A stretch of DNA of 64,000 bases, from positions 2,046,001-2,110,000 of the forward strand of contig BQFW01000006.1 in NCBI GenBank assembly GCA_020891255.1. Direction: 5' to 3'. Positions within the stretch are counted from its first letter, which is position 1; every line of letters starts with the position of its first letter. The notes beneath the pieces were generated by a model that was not told where the DNA came from, made no database searches, and saw only the letters and a program-made list of their open reading frames with translations. Shown here piece after piece: positions 24,072-37,225 of the stretch. Both the position numbers and the translations under genes were made by a program. Origin of the DNA: Entomortierella parvispora E1425 (Eukaryota; Fungi; Mortierellomycota).

Positions 24072-26438
24072 ACACCCAACCTAGTGGACACAAGAAATAA
24101 TAAAAGACGGAATCAGGTCGAGATCAGATTATATTCAACCCGTCGCCTTGGAGATGAGATCCAGTATTTGTTGGTCTGACCAAGACTGGACTTTGGTAGT
24201 GTTGACAACCGTGCAACCGCTAGCAAAGCCGAAAGGTAGAGTCGGGCCAGGAAGGTCAAGCACAACCGCCAGATAAAATGGGAATCGTGCTCGATGAACG
24301 AAAGGGTTCCTTAGTGAGCTAAGCCAAGGATTGAGAGGGTCTTGAAGACTCACGACTCTTCTTTGGGTGAATTGGAAGGCCTTTGGTATTTTTTTTTCCG
24401 ATCGTTCTTGCGTGAGCACGATGCAGCAGTGAGCAAGAATGCAGGAAAGCGCGCTGAGTTTCAAACAAGGCCAGTCTGTGCGTGGAAGGATGCTCTTACT
24501 GTCGGATCTCGATGCCTGGTCGAACAATGCGTCTCTCCACTCAAAAGTCCAGATGGCAGGACCACACAGCTGATCGGCTGCAGGTTGCTTCGCCCATAAA
24601 AGATCTCTTCTTGTATGCTTAAAATGAATAGTTCCAGGAATCTCATTTTGGGGCGAATGACCACCAAGTGCATGGCGAAAGACTACAACCTGCAGGCCAA
24701 TCCGTCTCCTTGGTTGCGCTCCACGCTTTTCTCCTGGGTGATTAGCCTCATTGCGCATGGCTATGCCGCCCATTTTGTCCTCTGTTTTTGTTGTTAGGAT
24801 TGGGACTCCATTGGGCAAGGGTCTTCCCTTCAATAGCTTGCATTGCAGTGCATGCATGCAAGGCCAGACCACGATGCGCCATTGCAGCGAGTGACTGAGA
24901 GTATTATGGTGCACAAGAGGGACAGAAAAGGTGCTGAGTAGAGGCTGTCGTTCCTCCCTCTCTCTTTTGTCTCTTGTTTTTTCCCCGCCTTTCCTCCTTT
25001 GGCCCCTTCTTCTTCTCCTGTCGCGCCGTCTCCTCTTTCCCTCCCAATCCCTCCCCTTCTCAGATCACTTGCACCCCCTTCTCCCTGATGAAAGAAAGAA
25101 TAAATCGAATGTGCCGCACCCTTGCGTCCAGATCGATTTCTCTTCTCTGGAACTACAGGCCAACCCACGTCCTCTGTCCCTCCTTCCCTCCTTCCTCCCT
25201 TTCCTCCCTCCCTTACCAATTCGTCACTCCCTCCCACCACGTACAACGAGTGTGGGCCAGGAGAGGGAGCATCCATGCCCTTGGTTCTACCCAACCCCAC
25301 ACGCCCATGTAATTGTTCTAACCTGCAGCATTGAGTTTTGGTCACATAGTGCCGCACCACAGCAGTGCTGATCGCGGTCCATGGACCTCACCCTTCCCGT
25401 CACCCAAGAGAAGCCCATTACACCGAGTGCACTGATCACGTCCCATGCCTCCATTCGATTCCATTCTTTACCAGGAACAGGCGACTCTCACTCTGTCTGC
25501 CTTCCCTTCTCCTTCTCCCCCGCGTACACAGCCTGGTACCTGTCAATCTTTGTCCGTCTTCATCCTGACGACTGGGCTGCCTGCCTGCCAACCTGGCGAC
25601 AGTCTCTATGAACAATATTCCCTTTCATCAGGACCCTTTCTTTTCCTCAGGCGTGCGTGCGTGCGTTTCGTGAGGACCCTTTTCATTGTCGCATGCTAAA
25701 CGCCATTATACTCTCCGAACAACATTATCAGCACATCCCGTCTGCGGATCTAAGGTATGATCGCGGCTTCTCACAAAAGCTGTGTGTATCGTTTTTTTTC
25801 CCTTTCCCTTGGGTCACGGTTCCCCTCAGTCCAGTTGGCCAATTTTCAATTCCAAAGGCGCTTCTGTCGTCGACCACCGTTCCTTCCCCTGGTGTATCTA
25901 TCGTCTTTCATGTTGCCGCGTCCGTCCGTCCGTCCATGTTTCCCGCAACCACTTTGGTCGCGCGCAGCATTCGCAGTCGAACTCATTAACGGATGCCCAT
26001 TGCCAAAACGGATACAATATTTCGCTGCCAACTATCCGCCCTTTTTTTTCTTTCCTTCCCTTCTCTTTTCTTTCCTTCCATCCTCTTTAAATACAACTCA
26101 TTCTTCCCTCTCTTTTAATTGTTTCTTTTTCACCTCTTGAGAAAATCATCCACCATTTCAACAACCCCAACCCTCCTTTTCTCCTCTCTTCCCTCCTTCC
26201 TCCTTCATCCCTCTCTTTCTCTTTCTTTCCTACTCCTCTCGTGTTTCTTCTCTTCCTACTCTTCCCCCTACCCGTCGCCGTTTTCCTTTTGCTCTCTCGC
26301 TCACACCATCGTTCACTCAACCTTACTCTCGTTTACCCTTGTTCAAAGACCGTTTACACCCCTGGCCCTCATTCCCTGACCCCGCACAGCCTCCCCTCAC
26401 CCTGACCTGCGACCCTCGCTCGCCAAAATTTTCCAGCA

Positions 26439-29127
26439 ATGAAAACCCAAGCCGCCTTGCCACCCCTCAACATCAGTCAGCATCAGTCGATGGAATACTC
26501 AATGGAGCGCATGTCCTTTGCTTCGCCCAACCCTTCAAACTCCCATCCTGGTGTGAACTCGTTCAACACCAACAACACCACCAACAACAACAGCAATGCC
26601 AACAACCACCACCACCCATTGCCGCCCCCTCCGCACGCTCCTTTTCACTTTTCTTCGGCCATGATGCACGCACACCAGCTTGCCCAGCTTCAGAGCAACA
26701 ACCACCACCACCATCATCACAATCAGCAGCTGAGTACACATCAGCAGCAACATTTTGATGGTCCCTGGCAGCGTCATGAGGTAAAAACCATGTAAAACAA
26801 CAGAGATCCCCGATTGGGATCCCTTTTCCTCCCCCCTACCCCCTCCCCTCTCTCTCTTTCTCTCTCCCTCCAAAATTAACGATGGTTCCATAACCCCAAA
26901 GAGGGTCTCAACTATATATCCTGTCCTCCCCAACCTCCTGCATCAATGTTTACGTGCTGTTGACAAGCTGTAAACATGGGAAAATAACAACAGTTCATTG
27001 GCATTTTCCCTGGAAGCTCTTGGCTGCTCTCCTCCCACACAAACACATGTCCCTCCTGTTGATCCACATGTTCCTTGCCCTTGTTCCCCTTACTCACCCT
27101 CTTTGCACACACAAACATGACTTTGTCGCGTTATCATCCTTGTCATCCTCCTCATAGGACCAGCTGTTGAATGAAGCAGTGACGACCTATGGCACAAAGT
27201 CCTGGAAGATTGTCTCTGACTACGCGTTCCCAGATGGATCTCGCGACAAGAACGAATGCATGCACAGATGGCGTGCACTCTCAACTACCCGCCCTCGACA
27301 GGTCAAGGGCCCTTGGACTGATGAGGTAAAGCATTAAAAACAACACCATATTTACATCACACATTGCATCGCATCTTGCGATCTACGATGCACTCCTCTC
27401 CCCCTCTCGTTTTACGACTGCAGTTTACTTATCCGACCCTCATCATTGTACATTTTTTCTCGGTTTCTAGGAGGACCGCAAGCTGAAAGAGTTGGTGGGC
27501 GAATACGGACCAGAAAAGTGGGTCTTTATTGCCTCTCGCATTGGATCTCGCACAGGCAAGCAGTGCCGGGAGCGCTGGCACAACCATCTGGACCCCCTTA
27601 GTATGTTGCTTACGTTGCAATTGCATACCTTTCTCAATGCCATGTCCATCGTAACTGACTCTTTGTCCCACTTTTTTCTCTGCTGAAACAGTCAACAAGT
27701 CGCCTTTTACCCATGAGGAGGACATGCGCATCTTGGAGCTCTACAGCCGGATTGGTTCCAAGTGGGCCGAGATGGCCAAGCACATGCCTGGAAGGCCCGA
27801 CAACGCGATCAAGAACCATTTCAACACGACCATGCAACGCAAGAAGAGACGGATGAGCATGCCCTCGATCCGCCATCCTTATGGAGAGCAAGTCATTGAC
27901 TTGTCAGCGCCTTCCTCTGCCTCCTCCACCTCCTCCTCGTCGTCGTCTTCATCTTCACCACAACAGCCACATCACAACGGCCCACACACGTTTGCAGGAT
28001 TCAACCGCGTCAATGGATCGAATCCAGCCAACACCACTGGAAGCCGTGTCTTGATGGCCAACTTGCACCCTAACCAGATGCCAAACTCCATGGCGCGCTT
28101 CATGCCCTATGAGAGACGCCACTCCTTTCCTGTTTCCAACTCCTTGGCCCCTCTTCCAATGACATCTGCCCCCACCTCATCATTGCCTTCCTCCCGCTCC
28201 TCCTCCTTGTCGTCCGTCTCCTCGGCTTCAGGTCTTAACTTGATTCTCCCCTCCCCACCCAAGACCCCCGACATGACACGTCGCAAGAGCACCCTCGCCT
28301 CTTGGTGCGTGACCCCTCCCTCGCAACAGGGCAATGGTCTCGCCCGCTTTGGTTCCAATAACAACAGTGCCTTCCAGAGCCCCATCTTTGCGCCCTCTTC
28401 TCTCGAATCCATGTCGCGTTCGTCCTCCTCCTCGTCCTCCTCGACCATGACCCTGCCCGGCATCTCGTCGTTTGTGCACGCTTCCGAGGTGCACCCTCGC
28501 CACCCCATAGACGACTCCTCTGAAGCGTCGACCCCAATTGCCACCACGACCGTTGCTGGAATCACGTTTTCGCCTCCCATGTTGCCCAGGGCAGGATCGC
28601 TCGAGTCCATGCCCTTGAACCGAAGCGAGTCTTCGTCCTCCCGAGATTCATTCTCTTCCACAGAGACCTTGGTCAACTCTGTGCGTCACTTGCAAACTGG
28701 GCCCTTGGCCACGGAGCCCCCAAAGCCATCGTTGACCAAGGGCGGTCCTTGGGGACATGCAATGAAGCGTGAGCCAAGCCATGAGAATGAGGAGTCGCAA
28801 CCGTATACCTTCCAGAGCCAGCAGGGGAACCGTCGCCCTCACCATGCCTTTGGTCGTTACTCGCCCCCAGCGTCGATGACTCGGCGTCATGGACATATCG
28901 AGTACGAGGAAGAGAATGATGATTCTATGCAGTCGGATCAAGAGTCGATGGGCTTGACCGAGGACGAGGATCTGGAGGAGGATGACTTTGACGATTTGCA
29001 CCAGGAAGAGGGGGAGGAGGAGGCAGAGGAGGATAGCTTCCGAAACCGGGTCCGCGGTCGTCGCCTGTACAGCCAGAGCACCTCTCATATCATGTCGATC
29101 GAGAACTTGGTCGGACCTAGTCTTTGA
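26439..29127 (+). CDS. Three-repeat (R1R2R3) Myb transcription factor, 4 exons
   Basis: Spliced repeats: GPWQRHE|[19 protein letters not shown]...ECMHRW; KGPWTDE|[40 protein letters not shown]; [43 protein letters not shown]. Followed by a long Ser/Pro-rich and acidic region. Confidence 0.92.
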
Positions 29128-29929
29128 TGACTTGGGTTGGTTCCTTTTTTTTGTTCTCTTTTCTTTTTCTTTTGTCTTTTTCATTTCATTTGCCACGAGT
29201 TGATGATCTTTTTTCATTTCTGTTCTGTTTAATCTCCCCATCCTCGCCTCCTCTCTTCCTGTGGCATCCTTTTATTTGAACCCCCTTTCTCATCTCTCTC
29301 TATCTCTCTCTCTCTCTCTCCCTTTGTCCCTCATACCAATGCCTCCTCCCATTGACGCCATATTATCCGCTGTACAGTCCTCCCCTCTTCTTCTTCTCAC
29401 CCTCACCTCACCCTTCCTCTTCCTCACTTTAATGACAGGGCCTTGCATTTCCTCTTTGGTTGTTTTCTATCTCTCCCGGCTCCATTGTATAGTTCTATGC
29501 CCTTATTCTTTTTGTGTCGTCTCTTTTTTTCTTGTGTACATATTGCATAGCCCTTGCCCTTTTTTTTTTTTGAATTACATGCCTCCTTCCAATCTCATAC
29601 GTTCTTCCAACTGCTATTTCTGTCGCGTTTTTTTTCGAGCATTCTCCAATTGCATGTCTATCTATGTCTACCCTTGCTTTTTTTGTTTTGGACCCTGGAA
29701 GTTTGTGGGCGTTCTTTTTTTGAAACCAACAATCTTCTCTCAATAATAATAAATTAGACTAATAATAAAAAAAAAGACAAAAACTACTCCTTCCCGCATT
29801 CAGAGTTTTTGACAGATGGGGTAGGACGACAATGCATGCATGCAACTTTTTGAGAGGAGGACAATCAATCTTTATCCAACAAAAAAAAAAAAAAATCCAA
29901 AAAAAAAATCCAAAAAAAAAATAAAAAAT

Positions 29930-32900
29930 CTATGCTCCTCCAAAGACATGGGTGAGCAATGCTCGGTAATTCCGGAACATCTCATCGCTAGTGCCTCTCG
30001 GTAACAAGAACTGGACCACCTTGACATCTCCTCCTTGGCTAGCCCTAAACTTTTCGGCCTCACTGCCTTGGTTCCCAACTTGCTTGACTTGACGAGCATT
30101 GTCCATCAGGTAGGATTTCAAATGGCGGAGCAAAGTCTCTGCGCGTCGATGTAGATCTTTTCGAATTTGATCCGACGGTTGAGAAGAGAAACCTGGGCCT
30201 CCAATTGTTGAAAAGGAGGAAGTAGACGAGGCCGAGGGAGAGGAGGTGGTCGAAACGGTGCTCATGGGGGGAGATCCATACATATTTCGGCTCGGTGCAC
30301 CATTGTTGCCGATGCCTCCTGTGGATGCTCCACGATGTGGGGCGACAGTTCCAAATTGACTTTCAAAGGCCTCAGGCATCATCAAAAATGGGAGTGATAA
30401 CATGGTGATGTCGTATCGGTGGGCCGCCCTCAAGATATTGCGAAGACCTGTCAAGAATTCTGGTTTCGGGACAAAATCACTGGACTGACTGAATGAAGGT
30501 CCAGATTCAGCTCCGTTTTCTGTAGGGGTTGAGGACGCCTGCCCGTAAAAGAGATGAAAGACGACATGGATCATGGGCAGATTGGAATGCCGCGTCAGGA
30601 TAAAGTCACCCTCCTGAATAGTCGAACAGTCTAAAGGCATTTCATCCTCCAGAGCCTCCAGTTGCTTCTCAATCGTATCGAAATGTAACTCCGTGCTGGT
30701 TTGGCAGGCCTCAAAGAATTCTATTGTACCAAAAAATGTTAGAATAACGACGACGTATGGTGGTAGTACTTGTCAACGCTGACTGTGATGACTTGCCTTG
30801 ATGACAGACGAGTCCGCTCTTGTACTTTGCCCAATCCTGGATGTTCACGAGCTGCACCAATCCCGTCAAGTTTTGTCCATAGAGCGAAGAGGCTGTTTGT
30901 GCATGAATAGCATCATCCTGTTCTGATTTCACACGATGCGTCGGAAAAACGAGCGCTGGGTCCGAGACAGTTAACCGAAGGTTGTGCGTGACCTTTGAAT
31001 GACTGCTGCCCAAGGATACTGTGAAGGACTCTGCAAGATTGGAAGCAGGTGGTTGGTGGGCAGGCCCAAATGACGATCCCGCCATCGTAGAGTTTCTGGA
31101 GGATCCCGAATAATTTCCACTAAATATGAGAAGTAAAAAGAAATCAGTCACCATGGCCTTCTGCGGCACTTCAATGGTAGCGGCCATTTCCCACAAGGGT
31201 CAAAGTTGACTTACTCGATATCATCATCCAGTCCGAGATTTTCAATGGCCTTGTTCAACCACCCTCCAAATTTCTTGACCGATGGATTCGAGTTGTTGGT
31301 CAAAAGTGCATTCTTTTGTTGCTGCAGGAAAGGCAACGGCGACCACGCTTTTTGAACTGGCGCTCCTGGTTGGTTCATTCCTGGGATGTGCGGTCTCGGC
31401 GATGAGACTGAAGACGATCGATCCAGTGGCCGCTCTGCCTGAGGATGAACCAAAGCAGGATTGACTTGGGCTGGAGTCGAGTTGCTTGCCAGAGATGGGT
31501 GAGGCTGCTGAGGGGAAGACTGAGCTCGGCTCTTATTGCGAGCATTTTCTTTCATAGCGTCCACCTTTTGCTTTGCCAGGACAAGTCGGGGGATATTTTC
31601 TGGCTGCTCCAGAAGCAAGTTGATGGCATGGTCCTATAGATTGAGAGTCAAAAGGCAAAGGTTAGTCAGGGGCAGGCTTGAATGTTCATCAGACCGTGCA
31701 AAGAGTGCCATAAAAGTACCATGTTGCGGTTGGAAATCAAAAGCGCGCCTTTGGCTTGCTCAACATCAAATCCCATTTCCAAGATGGACTTGACCATGTT
31801 GTCTAGCTCGATATCCTCTTTCGGCTGAGCTTTTGGAGGAGGTGGCGGCGGTACTTCTTCTACGACCGGAGCTGGTGCTGCCGCTGGAGTTGGTGCTGAT
31901 GGAGCAGTTGGCTCTGTCTGGGCTTCTACTGGTGTCTGTGGCAAATCCTTCCCAGTGTCCGGCTCTCCTTGATGTGATCTGGGTGGTACCTTCGGAGGAG
32001 CGGTACCACCAATATTTGACCTCCTTGCGCCTACTGCCTTTAAAGCTTCCGCTACCATATCCTTGCCATCCAATGGTCCATTCTCTGGAGCGCTCTTTGC
32101 CGGTTCTTTGCCCTTTGATCTCGATGTACTGGGCTGCTGGCGCTTATAGATCGAGTAGAGTTCGAGGATGAATTCCCGATACTTTGAACGTTGGAAGGTC
32201 TGCAGATCATCCAGCTGACTATTCCATGTCGCCTGCGCCACTTGCATCCGCTAAAGAAAAGATAGTTTCAAAGATGTTAAATGACCCTGCATGCCTTGGA
32301 AAATCCACCTTCTTGTCATGATTCGACTTTTTTTTTACCTCCACATGTCGTGTCGTCAAGATTTGTTGACCTCGCTGACTTTGTTCATTTGCGATTGCTT
32401 GGTTATGCCTAGAAGCAGAATGGGTCCTTTTAGTACCAAATATAAACATGTTGACTGGGGGGTGCACGTTGTGCCAAGGCTTGTCCTTGCTTGACCTACT
32501 TGATTTGAATGACATGGAACTCTGCGTCTCTTGCGCTGAGAAGCGCGTTCACTTCGTGGGAATATTCCCGCTCAAGATCCAGAATAGCGTCAAACAGGGA
32601 GGGTATTGGCGAGTGAACGAGTGTATGATATGCCTCTGGAAACAGATTCTAATGATAGAGTCCAACAAGAAGGGTCCTGTTCAGTTGGGATGTTCAAGAC
32701 CAAAAAAGAGATATGCGATGCTGACAAGAGAGATCGTCACCCACCTCTTCTGGCTGCGTGTGGAACTGGCTTGTATGACTACGATATGTTTGGACCATGG
32801 CCTGCTGAAGCTTGAGCAGTTCTTCATCCAGGTCCTGGGTATCCTCTGTGGGCGTGTCGTTGGCACTGCTCTCTTGGCCCTTGCCCATGAAGAGGGTTTG

Positions 32901-33146
32901 GTTGACATGCTTGGTCTCGTTGGCGACAATGTCTCTCCGGGTGGACTGAATGACGCCTTCGGCTGTGGCGAGCAAGGATTGCTCCAAGTAGACGGGAATG
33001 TGGTGGTCGAGACAGACCTGGCGGATGGCATCCAGCAAAAGAGCGCCTTCCGGCAGGTCAAAGTCGATGGTCCTTGGGTCTGCCTTGGGGTAGGGCGGGA
33101 AGGAGAAGGTGATGTGGATGGGATGGGTCACCTTCTCCAGGGCCAT
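29930..33146 (-). CDS. C12orf4: C12orf4/FERRY3 (DUF2362) homologue with an internal UBA domain, multi-exon
   Basis: Motifs FPEAYHTLVHS, QATWNSQLDDLQTFQRSKYREFI, ESFTVSLGS..KVTHNLRL, GDFILTRHSNLPMIHVVFHL, GLRNILRAAHRYDITMLSLP. Start could alternatively be 33164 or 33179. Confidence 0.8.
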
Positions 33147-33468
33147 CAGTCGCGAGTCCATTTCGTCCGAGCAGGGCAAAGGGTGGGGTCAGTGACGCAG
33201 CGGTTGTTCAAGAAGGAGAAGGAAGGAAGGAGAAGGAAAGAGACGAGGAAGAGAAGGAAGCACGCAAGGAAGCAAAAGAAGCAAAGGATCGACGCGCCTT
33301 CTTGTTCAGTCAAGGAAGGAAGGAAGGAAGAAAGTAAGGAAAGAGGAAAGAACACCATGCAACAGTCACATTCACACCTCTCGTCTAGACCTTGACGGCG
33401 TCCATCCTTCCCTTCCTCTTTCTTCTTTCTCCTTTCTTCTTTCTCGACCACTCTTACTCTTGGCCACC

Positions 33469-36400
33469 ATGGTAACCCTGCTCCCCACAATTGCACTGCG
33501 ACAGCCACCGTCCACACCCGCTGTCGCTGTACCCTAACGCTTCCCTCTCGTCCCTGTCTGTCTGTCCAAAACATAGTTTCAAAAACTGTGGCCATTCAAC
33601 AATGCAACATCCTCTCAGGGCAATGGCCAGCCCAGCAATGAGCCAGAGGACCATGGAGTCTCCACAAAGGTCAAGCCAATCCACGCCTCATTTAACAAGG
33701 GCATTCCCCTCAACAGTACGTACCATCACTACTCCGTGATCTCCAATGGGCTGCTCAATCTCGTCATGAAGGCACAATGGTCCTCAAAGCATGTTGCTGA
33801 GAGGAAGACGCGATTCATTGAAACTCACCCCATTCCTTGCTCTCCCTGTTGCAACCTATAGTGAAGATTGTAGTGCGTGGCGATATCCGGACAGGAAAGA
33901 CTTCACTCTGTAAGGAAAAGACGATCGGCTTGTGAGAACAGTTGTTCGCGCGTGAGGACAAAAATCGAAAGAACGTCAGTTGGGAAGCACAGACCAACTC
34001 ACTCTCGCGACGTACTCCTTTTCTTTCCTTCTGTACAGTTGAACGTTTGCAAGGCCATCCCTTCAGACCCGACCAGGACTACAGGACAACAGATCAGATC
34101 CAGGTCGCCAACATCCCTTGGCAATACCCTCGTAAGGACCCCGTCCGGCATTGAATTAAGCGAGTTGGCATTAAGACAAAAATAGGTTCAAACGTGGCGA
34201 CGCTGATTTATAAGGTTCCAGATCATCCAAATATGACGATGGCGGCGATCGTGGATCGAGAAAACTTGGCCCGGGTGCTAGTTAGCTACGGTGGTGATGA
34301 CCTACAACTGACATACTACAACTGCCCTCCTGTTCAACTGGCAACTGTAGAAACAAAGGACATTATCAAGGTCGAAGTCTGGGATGTTGTGGACAAGGGC
34401 GTTCAATCTGGAGAGCTCAAGACAACCACAGGCGGCGCCCTCAAAATGGAACATAATGCTCGTAAGTTTGATCCCCATTTGCAATTTCGATGCTCTGGAA
34501 TCGAGGTAGTCTTCGTCTTCTAACCGGGCTCAATGAATGGTTCCTGTCTTACAGCAATGTCTCCCACGAAATCAAAATCAGCGGCAGAGGTAACAGGGGC
34601 AGCGCCACATGCGGGATTCGCTTTGGACGCTTCTACCATCGATGTTTACAGGAACACGGATGGAGTCATCCTTTTGTATGACATTTCAAAACCCTGGACG
34701 TTTGAATATGCAGCCAGAGCTTTGAACGATATTCCAACCAATATCCCAGTCCTCATCTTGGTACGTCTCAATCCTGCTTTCTACCCTAACTTTTGAATCC
34801 ATTCAACCCATGTTTCTAACAATGCTCTTTCTCTATGGTTTATAGAGCAACTTTTCAGACGACTCCAATCCCCGACCTGTAATTGCTAGTGGCCAGGTAG
34901 AGGCATTAATGGAGGAACACAACGAGGAGCGATACAAGCACCCCTGTGCCCCCGCCAATCTTGTTCGGCATTTGGACTCTAGTATGAAGACTGGACTCGG
35001 TCTCAAGGAGATTCACGAGAGCTTTGGTATTCCGTTCCTGAACGTGCTGGTAGGTTTGGACGCTTGTGGTTATTTCTTCATGAGAGCTAGTTCGTGACGT
35101 TTCAACCCTGTTGACCTCTCCTACCAATTCAATGTCTGCTAGAGAGAAACTCACAGGAAACAATTTGACCAAAAGACGCTGGAAATTGGAGAACTGCTGC
35201 AGACTTTGGACGGAAAGACACAGGAACGCACATCGAAACCGTCTGTTCAACGGGCAAATTCCAATAACAGCACCAGCGTGGTATCTCCTAAAGACTCTCA
35301 AGGTTCAAAAGCTCTCCCCACCTCCAACCATTACAACAAGAGCAACCACAACACGATGACAATCCAGACGTCAGGACCCGCCATGATCCCACCGGTTCCT
35401 CAAACCTCATCCCCAACCTCGCCAGCACGAAAGACTCGCAACGACCATACGAATGTGGATATCCTGAGCCCAACCCCTGTTTCTGCCCAGACACCTGCTG
35501 TCCTATTTGATTTCAACTCTGGAAAGCTTGAGGATGAGTTCTTCCAGAATGTGGACCTGGATTCGAACACACCAGCTGCACCAACTAAAGTGAGAGCTGC
35601 CAATGTGACCGCAAATATTACAGCACCTATTGAGAAGCCTGCTATCACTCCATCGGCAACTTTCCAGTCTGTTCATCTTGGCAAGGACTCAATGGAGAGT
35701 GACATGTACCCCCACGGAAACCCTATGGTTGCCGGAGATGAAGACCTTGGAGACAGCTCAAGGGATGAGCTCGCCGATGTTACGAGCTACCACTCTCCGC
35801 CCCTGCAACCCCCAGGATGGGGCCCAGGACAGATTGAACAGGAGCTTTTGAGCCGTCACCAGGGAGCATTGAAGCAGAACGAGAGTGATGCCGAAGATGT
35901 GGAGGATATTGTTGATCGCGATGAGACTGCTTCTGATGGCTTCGAGGGCGATGAGAGTCTTCAGGATATTGATCTTCATCACAACGGCCTGCGACCTTTG
36001 TACCATGCGGATTCCGATGTTGAGAGTCAGCACGATTACCCAATTGCATCGGCCATGTACTATGAACATGAGCCTTCTGGATTCGCCGCCCAAAGCGACG
36101 ACAACATTATTGCAGAGTCTTTGTCAGCGGCTCCTACGGCTCCTGTTGTCGACATTGATAGTTCGTTATCAGCATACAAGGAAATTACCTCTGTCGAGCA
36201 GGGTAAGAACCCTTGGGGAAGCACGGGTGATCTTTTGAGCACAAAAGAGGTCACTGTCGCCGAGGTGCCTGTACATGAAGATGCCGATCTCCCAGTATCA
36301 GCGCACGATTTGGAGAATGTCGAATTAAGTACCGAATCAACAAATCAACAAGACACACTTGAGGAAGAGATCGAGTCGGACGGCCATGGGACGGCAAAAG

Positions 36401-36948
36401 GATCTAGCAGCTCAGAGACCACGCAAGTAGAGGAACCTATCATTGACATTGTCGACAGCATGACCCCTGTCAAGCCCGAGGAGCCCATCGTTGACCTTAT
36501 GGATAGCGCCATCCCTGTCAAGCCCGAGGAACCCATCGTTGACTTTGTCGATAGCACCATCCCCGTCAAGTCTGGGGAATCCCCAGCCGATGTTTTGGTC
36601 TCTACAGGATCCGATGAACCTCCCGTGGATAGTTTGATCTCCTCAGAGTCAACAACTCCCCTCATCGATATCTTGACCCCAGTCAAAGAAGATCCCGTCG
36701 TGGACTTGGAAAAGACCATTGACACCAAAGTGCAGGAGCCCACCGTCTCAGAAGACACCAAAGCTACTCTGGCTGTCGCGACAGCAAGCAATGGAGTGAC
36801 TGCGGCAGCAGAACAGGATCCCGAGGAGGACGAGGACGAGGACGCGGACAGTTCGCCCGTGACAACACCGGTGGATGGCCAGACCCAGGATCAGGAAAAG
36901 AAGAAGCCAAAAAAGAAGAACAAGAAGAAGGGGAAGAAGGGAAAGTAG
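33469..36948 (+). CDS. RABL6: Rab-like GTPase 6 (RABL6/RBEL1/PARF) homologue with a long acidic tail
   Basis: ATG-only exon 33469-33471 spliced to FQKLWPF...FNKGIPLN; KIVVRGDIRTGKTSL; IQVANIPWQYP; IIKVEVWDVVDKG; LDASTIDVYRNTDGVILLYDISKPWTFEY; C-terminal KKKNKKKGKKGK. Confidence 0.85.
36430..36573 (+). repeat. Three 48-bp coding tandem repeats (EEPI[IV]D[ILF][VM]DS.[TI]PVK[PS]) in the RABL6 tail
   Basis: Units start at 36430, 36478 and 36526; read directly. Confidence 0.9.
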
Positions 36949-37225
36949 TCTAGTGTACAAGTATCTATCAGCGAGCCCCTACTCGGCCAATAACGAATAG
37001 TGCCTCCAGGGCGACCTTGGTTCTCCATTGCCACTCTTTCTCAGGATTCCATGAAAGTTTTCTGAAGTGCACCTTGTCGTAAAGTATCGCCCTTTTTTCT
37101 TTTTTTCTTTTTTTTTCTTTTGTTCAGGCACATATGAGATCAGCAATGCAAATGGAATTTTATTAGGAGTAAAAGTACAGAATGAGTACCGAGATAGAGC
37201 AAGGATGAAAAGAAGTGTGGCCAGC

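Noticed and set aside
24135-24914. 259-aa minus-strand ORF between the TUG and Myb genes
   Set aside because: No codon bias, motifs or recognisable homology; probably chance in the promoter region.
31012-31020. U12-type donor-like GTATCCTT on the minus strand in C12orf4
   Set aside because: Lies inside the conserved coding motif ESFTVSLGS; no matching branch point needed for the gene model.
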